A stretch of 64,000 bases of DNA from assembly GCA_965277715.1 (NCBI GenBank), contig OZ255836.1:928001-992000 (forward strand). The letters run 5' to 3'. Position numbers and translations under genes: made by a program. This DNA comes from Gammaproteobacteria bacterium. Its GTDB lineage: Bacteria > Pseudomonadota > Gammaproteobacteria > JBCCGL01. How positions within the stretch are numbered: position 1 is the first letter of the stretch; the number at the start of each line of letters is the position of its first letter. Below the pieces are notes generated by a model. That model did no database searches. It saw only the letters and a list, made by a program, of their open reading frames with translations, and had not been told where the DNA came from. Below are positions 9,481-18,139 of the stretch, in pieces.

Positions 9481-9714
9481 ATGAGTAACTTATCTAAACG
9501 TTCGACTGTTTATTTTGAACCAGACATACACCAGGCATTAAAGATGCGTGCAACTTCTACACACTTATCAGTTTCTGAGTTAGTCGATGAAGCTGTTCGA
9601 TTGTTAATGCGTGAAGATCAAGAAGATTTGGCAGCGGTATCAGAAAGACTTAACGAGCCTGAAATATCTTATGAAGACCTGCTAAACGATTTGAAGTCGC
9701 ATGGCAAAATATAA
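9481..9714 (+). CDS. CopG/RHH family antitoxin
   Basis: KRSTVYFEPDIHQALK..SVSELVDEAVR..EDQEDL; overlaps the relE start. Confidence 0.85.
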   Translation: MSNLSKRSTVYFEPDIHQALKMRATSTHLSVSELVDEAVRLLMREDQEDLAAVSERLNEPEISYEDLLNDLKSHGKI

Positions 9715-9964
9715 AATCACTTTTAAATAGTCAGTAGCTAAAGATTTACGGGTTATACCAAAAAGTGATATACAACAGATTTTAAGTAAAATTGATTCTT
9801 TATCTGAAAATCCGCGTGCTGAAGGTTGTATTAAGTTATCAGGCAAAGAAAATTATAGAGCCCGGCAAGGGTTGTATCGAATAATATATGAGATAAAAGG
9901 CGGGCTGCTTGTTGTAAATGTCATTAAAGTAGCTCACAGGTAAAATGTTTATAAAAACAACTAA
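9701..9964 (+). pseudogene. relE: RelE/ParE family toxin with two premature stops
   Basis: Manual translation: MAKYKITFK*SVAKDLRVIPKSDIQQILSKIDSLSENPRAEGCIKLSGKENYRARQGLYRIIYEI...IKVAHR*NVYKNN*. TAG at 9728, TAA at 9941. Confidence 0.9.
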
Positions 9965-9984
9965 AGCTTATTAAAGAGAATTTT

Positions 9985-10413
9985 ATGCATATCGATCACG
10001 TTGTAATTTGGGTGAAGAACGCAAAGCGCTCGCTTGAGTTTTTTACAAACACCCTGGGGTTGGAGACCGTTCGGGAAAAAGATTTTTTGGACGGCAAAGC
10101 ACGTTTTCCCAGCGTGCGTATAAATGAAAATACAATCTTTGACATCATGGAGTCTGATGAATTACTTCCGCTTGTTCAGAACTTTACGGGTGGTGAAGCA
10201 GGTATTGGTGGCTACCCAATCAACCATATTTGCCTGTCTATGACGCAAGAGGAATACGAAGCGACAGTCAACCGACTTAATACGTCTGGCGTCAAACTGA
10301 CACCCGGTGGAGAAGACGTTTTCGGCGCACAGGGGCACGCAGTGCGTTCAACTTATTTTAATGATCCAGATGGTAATGTATTTGAAGTCAGGTACTACGC
10401 GAATTGTCAATAA
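9985..10413 (+). CDS. VOC (glyoxalase/bleomycin resistance) family protein
   Basis: IDHVVIWV, INHICLS, YFNDPDGNVFE. Confidence 0.9.
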   Translation: MHIDHVVIWVKNAKRSLEFFTNTLGLETVREKDFLDGKARFPSVRINENTIFDIMESDELLPLVQNFTGGEAGIGGYPINHICLSMTQEEYEATVNRLNTSGVKLTPGGEDVFGAQGHAVRSTYFNDPDGNVFEVRYYANCQ

Positions 10414-10430
10414 AGGGGGATAAGGGGATT

Positions 10431-10574
10431 GTAGAGCGCAATAAGCAACGGGCATTGCGCCGAACAAAACCAGGGATTATTCCTTTTTGTGGCCAGCTTC
10501 TTTGACATTGGCTGGATTCCAGCCTAAAAAGAGTAGAGTTAGTTGTCAATTGCTTGATGCCTGCCCCGGTAATT
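10431..10574 (+). repeat. GTAG-type REP-like element, copy 2 (about 80 bp longer than copy 1)
   Basis: GTAGAGCGCAATAAGCAACGGGCATTGCGCCGAACAAAA ... TTGATGCCTGCCCCGGTAATT. Confidence 0.6.
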
Positions 10575-10623
10575 GGGGTTTGGTCGTGATAATTCGAGTA
10601 CTCGCAGTATCGCACCCAATTTT

Positions 10624-10751
10624 GACCATTAATTTAAACGCTCTTTAACAATTCAATAAAATAAATAGGCTACAGAAGTGCTGAATTTCATTGGTGTTTT
10701 TCACCATTTGAAGTTAAGTATTTGTTGTGGATAGTTTTTTTTTATATTCGT
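10624..10751 (+). promoter_or_regulatory. Type I-F CRISPR leader
   Basis: AT-rich, about 130 bp. Contains GCTCTTTAACAAT and an IHF-like AAATAAATAGGCTACA flanked by ACCATT...ATTGGT arms, the layout of gammaproteobacterial I-F leaders. Confidence 0.7.
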
Positions 10752-10899
10752 GTTCACTGCCGCACAGGCAGCTTAGAAAGATGTCTGATCGTTATCTATT
10801 TTTGTTTGGAAGTTCACTGCCGCACAGGCAGCTTAGAAAGGCAGCTGGGTCACCCGTGAGCTCGTAAAAAGGTTCACTGCCGCACAGGCAGCTTAGGAA
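10752..10899 (+). CRISPR. Type I-F CRISPR mini-array: 3 x 28-bp repeats, 2 x 32-bp spacers; no cas genes in the window
   Basis: GTTCACTGCCGCACAGGCAGCTTAGAAA at 10752 and 10812; degenerate terminal copy (...CTTAGGAA) at 10872. Spacers: GATGTCTGATCGTTATCTATTTTTGTTTGGAA and GGCAGCTGGGTCACCCGTGAGCTCGTAAAAAG. Confidence 0.95.
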
Positions 10900-11038
10900 C
10901 ACTTATGAAATAACTTCCGCTTTTATTATATTATTTCAATAATGTGTTATTTTTTAATAATGCGCTAAAGCCAAATCAGCTATAAGGTAAATTAATATAC
11001 TTATGAATCCCGGAATTTATTTCGTGCACGTTCTTGAT

Positions 11039-11142
11039 ATGTATTAACTTGCAACCAATTGTTCCAGAACGCTTTTTTCTGGAACAATTATTGGCTAATA
11101 CACCAGACATCATGTATTGACTTGTGTGCAAGTTAATACATG
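11039..11142. repeat. Nested inverted-repeat element
   Basis: ATGTATTAACTTGCA (11039) / TGCAAGTTAATACAT (11127); inner 13-bp hairpin at 11057-11089; near-palindrome at 11111-11142. Confidence 0.85.
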
Positions 11143-11209
11143 GGGTCTAAGCGTATAAAACAATATTTAATCCCTTTTTTATTGATCCACTTAAAATAGA
11201 ACACTCTCT

Positions 11210-11228
11210 ATAGGCTTGGACAGGGCCG
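11210..11228 (+). repeat. 19-bp direct repeat, right copy (ATAGGCTTGGACAGGGCCG)
   Basis: Matches 9231-9249 at 18/19. Confidence 0.8.
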
Positions 11229-11249
11229 ATTAACAAGCATAGAAGGATG

Positions 11250-12500
11250 CTAACGCTCAAAAATAATACGGCCATTTCTAATGGTCATTAACACATCCGC
11301 AAAGGCGGTTACCTGTTCGCGTGGGTCTGTTGCCATGACCACAACGTCAGCATTAAACCCAGGGGCGATTTGGCCCTGCCTGTCATCCAATTGGTAACGC
11401 TTGGCTGGGGCTGTTGTCAGCGATGCCAGAATATCCCGGTAGTCAAGCCCGGCCAACTGCATCAGCCGGTATTCTTCGGTGGTATCCGGGTCATCCATAT
11501 AACCGACATCGGTACCAAACAGAATCATCACACCAGCGCGTTTAGCGGCGGCCGCCTGGTCGATGGCATTGCGCTCAAGGCGATCAACGAGGCGGGCGGG
11601 TAGTCCTATTCTTTCCAGATCGAACCGGAATAGCTTGAGTGTGGGAATTAGTGATACGCCATGCTCTGCCATCGTCGCTGGCAGGCTTCGGTCCCAGGAG
11701 CCTTTTAATTCGGCGGGGAATGTATGTGCGAGCACATCGACGCCGTTTTCAATGGCGATACGCGCACCGTCGCTATCTGATGGGTGGGCGAACACCAGCG
11801 CACCACTTTTGTGTGCCATATCTGTTGCCGCTCTTATGTGATCGTCTTGCATTAAAACGACGCGGCTCTCCGTGGCCCAGGAACCGGTAAAAAGTTTGAT
11901 GCCATCCAGGCCTTGCTGTAATGCCTGGTGTACCTGTTCACCAGCCTGTTGGTTACTGGTGAACTCGGGAAGCATTACCGGCTTTATATAAAATGGACTG
12001 CCTCCTTTTGGTACAAAACTACCGCCCATTGTGAGAATACCTGGCCCGCGTACTTTTCCGCTCTCTATCAGGTGTTGGATTTGTTGTGTAATGCGAAAAT
12101 CTGAACCTGTATCGACCGTGTTAACAAAGCCCCAGCGCAACAACATATCGTCAAGAAATGTTTGCACAGTCGGCAAGTTGTCCTGCACATGTAAATCAGC
12201 GGAAAACAAATAGTGAACGTGAGAGTTCCAAAACCCTGCTGCAATGAACTTACCGGTGACATCAATACGCGCTGCATCGGAGGGAATAGCAATTTCACCG
12301 CGCCCGCTCACTGCAATAATTTTCCCATTCCCGATAACCACCACAGCAGAATCGAGCGGGGCTGTGTCAGGTGACTGAAAAACAGTGCCACCTTCAAGTA
12401 CCAGTAATTCTGTTTGTGATGAGGCTGTCTGCGCTGTCGCTAGTGAAAACAGCAACAATAAGAGCGGTATCGGTAATCGGGGTGCTTGCTGTGAGCGCAT
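11250..12500 (-). CDS. Secreted amidohydrolase family protein
   Basis: Signal peptide, NSHVH metal motif, FGTDVG, GQIAPGFNADVVV. Confidence 0.9.
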   Translation of the reverse strand: MRSQQAPRLPIPLLLLLFSLATAQTASSQTELLVLEGGTVFQSPDTAPLDSAVVVIGNGKIIAVSGRGEIAIPSDAARIDVTGKFIAAGFWNSHVHYLFSADLHVQDNLPTVQTFLDDMLLRWGFVNTVDTGSDFRITQQIQHLIESGKVRGPGILTMGGSFVPKGGSPFYIKPVMLPEFTSNQQAGEQVHQALQQGLDGIKLFTGSWATESRVVLMQDDHIRAATDMAHKSGALVFAHPSDSDGARIAIENGVDVLAHTFPAELKGSWDRSLPATMAEHGVSLIPTLKLFRFDLERIGLPARLVDRLERNAIDQAAAAKRAGVMILFGTDVGYMDDPDTTEEYRLMQLAGLDYRDILASLTTAPAKRYQLDDRQGQIAPGFNADVVVMATDPREQVTAFADVLMTIRNGRIIFER

Positions 12501-12577
12501 TTGTCTGCCTCCTGAATTAATGCATTATTAACGATTAACCCGGCTTGTTACTCAAAGAAACCAAGGCGTTTTTGTTA

Positions 12578-13357
12578 TCAGTTAGTGCTATACCCACCAT
12601 CTACCATATAGACCCCACCCGTGCAATAAGCGGCGGCGTCTGAGGCTAAAAATACCGCCAGCCCGGCTATATCGTCAGCGTTACCGGCACGCCCCAGCGG
12701 TATATGTTTTAGGAATCTGTCTAAAATAGCCTCGTTATTCCACAGAGCTTCGCTGAATTTGGTTTTAATCAGGCCAGGGCAAATTGCGTTTACACGAATA
12801 TTATCCGCGCCCCAGTCTTGCGCCATCGCCATGGTCAGGTTGTTGATCGCGGCTTTGCTGACGCTGTAGATACCAATACCCGCTTCAGGCCGGATACCGC
12901 CAATTGAGGCGATGTTGATGATCGACCCACCGCCACGTTGTTTAAGTAGTGGGTAGGCGGCCTTGCACAGCTCAAACGGGCCTTTGAGGTTGACCTCGAT
13001 AATCTTGTCGAAGGCGCGTTCATCGGTGTTTTGAATGGGGCCAAATACCGGGTTGGTGGCGGCGTTGTTGATGATGATGTCGAGACCACCGTAGGTGTGT
13101 ACCGTTGTGTCGATAAGGCGCTGGATGTCTTCCCGGTTACCGGTGTTGGCGGCGATGCCGGTTGCCGTCAGTCCATCGCGTTGGAATGCCTCTGCTACAG
13201 CGTCAACCGATGCCTGTTTGCGACTGCTGATGACCACGTTGGCGCCGAATTCAGCCAGCCCCCGCGCCATTGCCTCCCCAATGCCTTTGCTGGCGCCTGT
13301 GATCAGGGCAACTTTGCCGTCGAGTTGAAATAAGGACTGTATGCTGGTTGTTGGCAT
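12578..13357 (-). CDS. Short-chain dehydrogenase/reductase
   Basis: TGASKGIG, NNAATNP, YSVSK catalytic motif. Confidence 0.93.
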   Translation of the reverse strand: MPTTSIQSLFQLDGKVALITGASKGIGEAMARGLAEFGANVVISSRKQASVDAVAEAFQRDGLTATGIAANTGNREDIQRLIDTTVHTYGGLDIIINNAATNPVFGPIQNTDERAFDKIIEVNLKGPFELCKAAYPLLKQRGGGSIINIASIGGIRPEAGIGIYSVSKAAINNLTMAMAQDWGADNIRVNAICPGLIKTKFSEALWNNEAILDRFLKHIPLGRAGNADDIAGLAVFLASDAAAYCTGGVYMVDGGYSTN

Positions 13358-13395
13358 GATAGGGGAGACTGTTTCAGTTTGGTTGGCGCCTTGTG

Positions 13396-16197
13396 TCAGT
13401 GGGTATAAATAACCCGCAAGGCAGAAAGTTTTAATGTACTGGTCGACAAACGCATTTCAAGCGCTTCAATTTTTTGTTTTAGCTGTGTTATTTCCCAATC
13501 GCGAATACTGGGGTTATTTTTTTGCAGTGTAATCAATCGGTGTAGTTCTCCATCCAGCTCGCTGTGCATCGCCGCGATACAGGTCGAACGCAAGGTGGGG
13601 AGTTGTTCTTCGGCGCGCTTTTCTATGAGTTGCACTTGTTTTTTCAGGCTTGCCCGCGTCATATCGATCATTTGTAGCGCGGCCTCGCGGTCGATGTTTT
13701 CCAATAAGCCTTCGTAGCTGCTCTCAGGCAGATGCCCAGCGAAGTCTCTGCCGCGTTGATCGAGCAGGCAACGCAGGGCGTTATGTGGCAGGTAGCGCGG
13801 TACCTGGAGCCATGCAGGGGCTGGGCAGTTGGCTTCAAACAGGGCTTCGAGCAAGATGGTGCGGGCGGGCAGTTGTGGCATTTTCAGTGCGCATACGCTC
13901 ACACTGCCACGGTCACCGTTGAGCACCAGGTCGAGGGTGGCGCGCACCATTGGGTGCTCCCAGGTAAGAAACTGCATATCCTCGCGTGCCAGGGCGATGT
14001 CCCGGCGCGTGGTGGCGGTGATGCCATCTTCAGGCAGTTCCGGGAATTGTTCGACTTGCAGGTGATCGCCGGGACGGATAACCCAGCTACCCGCCGAGTG
14101 GTCTTCCATCTCTACACCGTAACAGTCGAATGCGGCTTCGAGGTATTCTGACAGGGCGTCGTTTTGCTCGGTCTTGTCGATGTTTTCGATTAGTGGCTGT
14201 GCGATGTGTTTGCGACAGGCGTTGAGTTCCAGCAGGCGATTGCGGCCCGCATCCAGCTCCGCCATTTTCGCCTGGTGCAGTTGTTTGCAGTGCTGGATAA
14301 AGTTGGCCTCATCGCCAGGTACACCGGCCAGAAAATCATCGAAGCGTTCAGCCATTTGCTGTTTAACGTATTGTCCGGTCACGCAACTTTGCTCAAAGGC
14401 GTCGAGCGCCTGGTGATACCATCGGTATAGGCGGTGGTCGCGGCTGCCCACAGCGGTGGGGACGTGGATGCAGATGTCGCGCTGTTGGCCGATACGGTCG
14501 AGCCGACCGATACGCTGTTCCAACAGATCCGGGTTGTCGGGCAGGTCAAACAGGATGATGTGGTGTAAAAACTGGAAGTTACGCCCCTCGCTGCCTATTT
14601 CAGAACAGATAAGAATGCGTGCCCCTTCCTGCGCATCGGCAAACCAGGCCGCTGCGCGGTCGCGTTCGATAATGCTCATGTGCTGGTGAAATATACTGGC
14701 CTGTAAGCCGTGTTTCTGCAGCAGGTTTTTGGCAAGCGATTGGGTGGTTTTGGCGGTTTGGCAGATTAGCAGCGCTTTGTGGGGCATCAGTGCGCGCAAT
14801 TTCTCTGCTAACCAGGTGGTGCGGGTTTCGTCGCTGTCATCGCTCAAGACAGCGGGCACTAAGCGGCGCTGCGGGAATTGGCTGATGGTGGCGCTGATGT
14901 GGGCGCGTGTGTTGCGAAACAATACGCGCCCGGTGCCGTGCCGGTCGATCAGCGCATCGATCAGGCGTTGGCGCAATAACCCTGCGCTGTTATCGGTGCG
15001 GTTTATTGCCGTGAGGTCAATGATCTCGTTGTCTAATAGACATTGAAGCTGTGTTATTTGTGCGCTGCACAGTGGTTTTTGTCCCAGTAAGGCATCGGCC
15101 AGTTCGGCGGTGGTTTTGTGTTGTTGTTCCTCGGCGAGGAAGCCATCCAATGAGTGAAAACGCGCCGGATCGAGTAAGCGCAGGCGGGCAAAGTGGCCCG
15201 CAGCGCCCAGTTGTTCGGGGGTGGCGGTTAACAGCAACACCGAATCGGCACTATTGGCGAGCGTTTCGATTTGTTGGTATTCGCGACTGCTGTGCTGTGG
15301 TGACCATTGTAGGTGATGGGCTTCGTCGACAATTAACATATCCCAGTTGCATTCCGTCAGCCGTGGGGCAATCGATTCGCGGCAGGCGAAGTCGAGGCCG
15401 CACAATACCAATGGGTGAAGGGCAAAGGGGTTGTCAGTTACGGGGGTGTCATCGAGTAATGCGTCAATGTCCTGCTCATTGGTTTGCCCGTCTGAAAGGG
15501 CATTGTCATCAATCAGTGTGAAACGCAGGTTAAAGCGGCGCAGCAGTTCCACTAACCACTGGTGTAACAGTGGTTCCGGGACGATAACCAGGGCGCGCTG
15601 TATCTTTCCGGTGATCAACAGGCGGTGCAGAATCAGGCCCGCCTCAATTGTTTTGCCCAGCCCCACTTCATCGGCCAGCAGCACGCGGGGGGAGAGTCGC
15701 CGGGACACTTCGTCGGCGATGTAGATTTGATGGGCGAGCAGGTTGACGCGGGGTGCGTGCAGGCCGTAACTGGGTGAGGCTTGTTGTTCCGCCAGGTGGC
15801 GCAGGCTGGCAGCGCGCAATGTGAACCACTGTCTGTCGTCAATTTGACCGGCGAACAGTTTTTCCTGTGGCAGGTTGAAACTGATTTCATCGCACAGTTC
15901 ACACTCGTGCAAGGTGGTTTGCTGTCCCGCTTCGTGCCTGCCGTGATAGCGCAGTGTGCCATTGACGTTTTCGCTGTGAGTAATGTTTAACTTCCAGCCA
16001 TCGACGCTTTGAATAGTATCCCCGGTCACGAACTCGACACGTGTCAGTGGCGCGTTGTCACGGGCATAGGTGCGTATTTCGTCAGCCGCCGGGTATTCGA
16101 TTTGAACGGTACGAAAATCGACCGATTTGACAATGCCCAGGCCGAGCGCGGCATCGTTGTCGCTGACCCAACGCTGGCCGACGGTAAATGTTTGCAT
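13396..16197 (-). CDS. rapA: RNA polymerase-associated protein RapA (HepA)
   Basis: GQRWVSD N-terminus, LADEVGLGKT, DEAHH, SEIGSEGRNFQF, EQRIGRLDRIGQ. Confidence 0.96.
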   Translation of the reverse strand: MQTFTVGQRWVSDNDAALGLGIVKSVDFRTVQIEYPAADEIRTYARDNAPLTRVEFVTGDTIQSVDGWKLNITHSENVNGTLRYHGRHEAGQQTTLHECELCDEISFNLPQEKLFAGQIDDRQWFTLRAASLRHLAEQQASPSYGLHAPRVNLLAHQIYIADEVSRRLSPRVLLADEVGLGKTIEAGLILHRLLITGKIQRALVIVPEPLLHQWLVELLRRFNLRFTLIDDNALSDGQTNEQDIDALLDDTPVTDNPFALHPLVLCGLDFACRESIAPRLTECNWDMLIVDEAHHLQWSPQHSSREYQQIETLANSADSVLLLTATPEQLGAAGHFARLRLLDPARFHSLDGFLAEEQQHKTTAELADALLGQKPLCSAQITQLQCLLDNEIIDLTAINRTDNSAGLLRQRLIDALIDRHGTGRVLFRNTRAHISATISQFPQRRLVPAVLSDDSDETRTTWLAEKLRALMPHKALLICQTAKTTQSLAKNLLQKHGLQASIFHQHMSIIERDRAAAWFADAQEGARILICSEIGSEGRNFQFLHHIILFDLPDNPDLLEQRIGRLDRIGQQRDICIHVPTAVGSRDHRLYRWYHQALDAFEQSCVTGQYVKQQMAERFDDFLAGVPGDEANFIQHCKQLHQAKMAELDAGRNRLLELNACRKHIAQPLIENIDKTEQNDALSEYLEAAFDCYGVEMEDHSAGSWVIRPGDHLQVEQFPELPEDGITATTRRDIALAREDMQFLTWEHPMVRATLDLVLNGDRGSVSVCALKMPQLPARTILLEALFEANCPAPAWLQVPRYLPHNALRCLLDQRGRDFAGHLPESSYEGLLENIDREAALQMIDMTRASLKKQVQLIEKRAEEQLPTLRSTCIAAMHSELDGELHRLITLQKNNPSIRDWEITQLKQKIEALEMRLSTSTLKLSALRVIYTH

Positions 16198-16208
16198 AGA
16201 GGGAGAGC

Positions 16209-16721
16209 TTACTTGTCTGTCTTGGTGGGCGTGTGAAAATCGGTTGCATAGAGATGGTAGCCGGTTTTTTGCATACCGAGGGCGGTGTAGGTTTTTTGCG
16301 CACGCTGATTGTCCTGCTCGACGTATAAGCGGATACCGCAGACTTCATCCTGTTCGCTGGCGCGCTGGTGAACAAACTGATAGAGCGATTTAAATACCCC
16401 GTGGCGGCGTGCTGTGGGTTCTACATAGACGCTTTGAATCCACCAGAACAGGCCATCCCGCCAATCACTCCACTCGTAGGTAATCGTCAGGCAGGCGACG
16501 GGGGTGGTATCGGTTGTTTTTGGTTCTGTGTCAGATGTATCCGTCATCTCGGCAACCAGGTAAAAACCGTATTGTGGGGTGTGAAATACGCGCCTTACGC
16601 CCCGGTTAACGGTCGCATTGTGGAGTACTTTATTTTCCGTTTCGAGTGCCATTGCACAGTTGAAGCCGGCGATTATTTGCGCGTCGCGCTCGACGGCATT
16701 GCGTATTTTGATGGTGTTCAT
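16209..16721 (-). CDS. GNAT family N-acetyltransferase
   Basis: EWSDWRDG..WIQSVYV..RRHGVF..LYVEQDN; ATGA overlap with the avtA stop. Confidence 0.9.
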   Translation of the reverse strand: MNTIKIRNAVERDAQIIAGFNCAMALETENKVLHNATVNRGVRRVFHTPQYGFYLVAEMTDTSDTEPKTTDTTPVACLTITYEWSDWRDGLFWWIQSVYVEPTARRHGVFKSLYQFVHQRASEQDEVCGIRLYVEQDNQRAQKTYTALGMQKTGYHLYATDFHTPTKTDK

Positions 16722-17983
16722 ATGGCGCCTCGTGTGTCGTAACTGGCGCGCACTTCCTCGCCAATAATTTTTATGCCTTCGCGCACCGTTTGATCGGATT
16801 GCGAATAGGTGAGGCGAATACACTGGTGTGTGTGTGCCCACTCACTGTCAATACCCGGAAAAAAATACTGACCGGGAATGATGAGTACGCCGCGTTTTTT
16901 TAAACGCTGGTACAGTGTCATGGTGGTGATGGGGAGGTCTTTAAACCACAACCACAAAAATAATGCCCCCTCTGGTTTATGTGTCCACACGGGGTAGCCG
17001 CCCATCGCTTCGCGCACATAGCCAAGGGCTGTTTGTGCTTTGCTCTGGTAAAACGGGCGCACAATGTCGCGGCTTATCTCCAGCATTTCACCGCGCATCA
17101 GTAGCGGTGTTATCAATGCCGCCCCCGCGCTGTTTGGGGAGAGGTTGATAATGGCGTTCAGGGAACTTATCGCCTCGATGATGGGTGTATCGGCGATCAC
17201 GATGCCCGTGCGTAACCCCGGCAGGCCGAGCTTGGAGAGGCTCATGCACATAATGGTGTTTTTATTCCACACGGGTGTGGCATCGGAAAAAATAATATTG
17301 GGGAAGGGCAGGCCATAGGCGTTATCGACAATCAGCGGGATGTTGTGTTGTTGCGCGAGTTGATCCAGCCGTTGCATTTCCTGGTCGGTGAGTACGTTGC
17401 CGGTTGGGTTGGTCGGGCGCGATACACAGATGGCGGCGATGTCATCGCCTATTTCCAGGGTGTCGAAGTCGACACAGTATTTGAAGATATTGTCCGGGTA
17501 ATAGTCAAAGGCAGGTTTGTTGGCGGTGAAGTGTGTGCCTTCGGTGAACGCATCGCTGTAGCCGATGTACTCAGGTGCTAACGGTAAAAGAATTTTTTTG
17601 CTGCTGCCATCGGCGTATTTGCCCGCAAGCAGATTGAACAGGTAGAAAAAAGCGTTCTGGCTACCGTTGGTCAGGGCGATGTTTTCGGGTGATAACCCCC
17701 AGTTGTATTCTCTGTTGAGCAGGGTAATAAGCGCCTCGATAAAGCGCATGTCGCCAGTGGGGGCGTCATAAGTGCCTGCGATGCGGGCAAATGCGCTACG
17801 GTCTTGGGCTATCGCGGCCAGCTCCTGACACAGCAGGGTTTCGATTTCGGGAATGCTGCCTGGGTTACCGCCGCCGAGCATTAATACCGGCTCGCTGCCT
17901 GCCATGGCTTTACCCAGATCCTCCATCAAACTACCGATGCCGGTAGGGCCATTATATTTGTCGCCAAAAGCCGAGAATTGCAT
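16718..17983 (-). CDS. avtA: Valine--pyruvate aminotransferase
   Basis: MLGGGNP, SRPTNPTGNV, DNAYG, SLSKLGLPG. Confidence 0.93.
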   Translation of the reverse strand: MQFSAFGDKYNGPTGIGSLMEDLGKAMAGSEPVLMLGGGNPGSIPEIETLLCQELAAIAQDRSAFARIAGTYDAPTGDMRFIEALITLLNREYNWGLSPENIALTNGSQNAFFYLFNLLAGKYADGSSKKILLPLAPEYIGYSDAFTEGTHFTANKPAFDYYPDNIFKYCVDFDTLEIGDDIAAICVSRPTNPTGNVLTDQEMQRLDQLAQQHNIPLIVDNAYGLPFPNIIFSDATPVWNKNTIMCMSLSKLGLPGLRTGIVIADTPIIEAISSLNAIINLSPNSAGAALITPLLMRGEMLEISRDIVRPFYQSKAQTALGYVREAMGGYPVWTHKPEGALFLWLWFKDLPITTMTLYQRLKKRGVLIIPGQYFFPGIDSEWAHTHQCIRLTYSQSDQTVREGIKIIGEEVRASYDTRGAI

Positions 17984-18087
17984 GATGAGTCTATGTTGCG
18001 GAAAACCGGAATTGTAACCGATTTGTTTTTCCCGTAGAGACACGATTTAGTGTCTCTGCATCAACCGCCGCTCACCTCGGTTGCAGT

Positions 18088-18131
18088 CCAGGTCAGTTAC
18101 AACCCAGGCCAGTTATAACCCGGGCAGTAAC
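18088..18131. repeat. Degenerate 16-bp tandem triplication
   Basis: ccaggtcagttacaac ccaggccagttataac ccgggcagtaac. Confidence 0.75.
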
Positions 18132-18139
18132 AGTTTGGT

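Noticed and set aside
9701-9964. Stop-codon recoding or read-through of relE
   Set aside because: Two different stops (TAG and TAA) interrupt it, and both are used as normal terminators elsewhere in the window.
9481-10560. Integron cassette array (TA and VOC genes are typical cargo)
   Set aside because: No convincing RYYYAAC...GTTRRRY attC folds after the genes, and no intI.
9420-10899. CreTA-like spacer repression of the neighbouring TA promoter
   Set aside because: I could see no complementarity between either spacer and the TA upstream region, and the toxin is a dead protein-coding relE.
10752-11142. Tn7-like CAST (I-F3) homing array
   Set aside because: No tns/tniQ or cas genes, the repeats are canonical, and I found no TnsB-site arrays or 5-bp target duplication.
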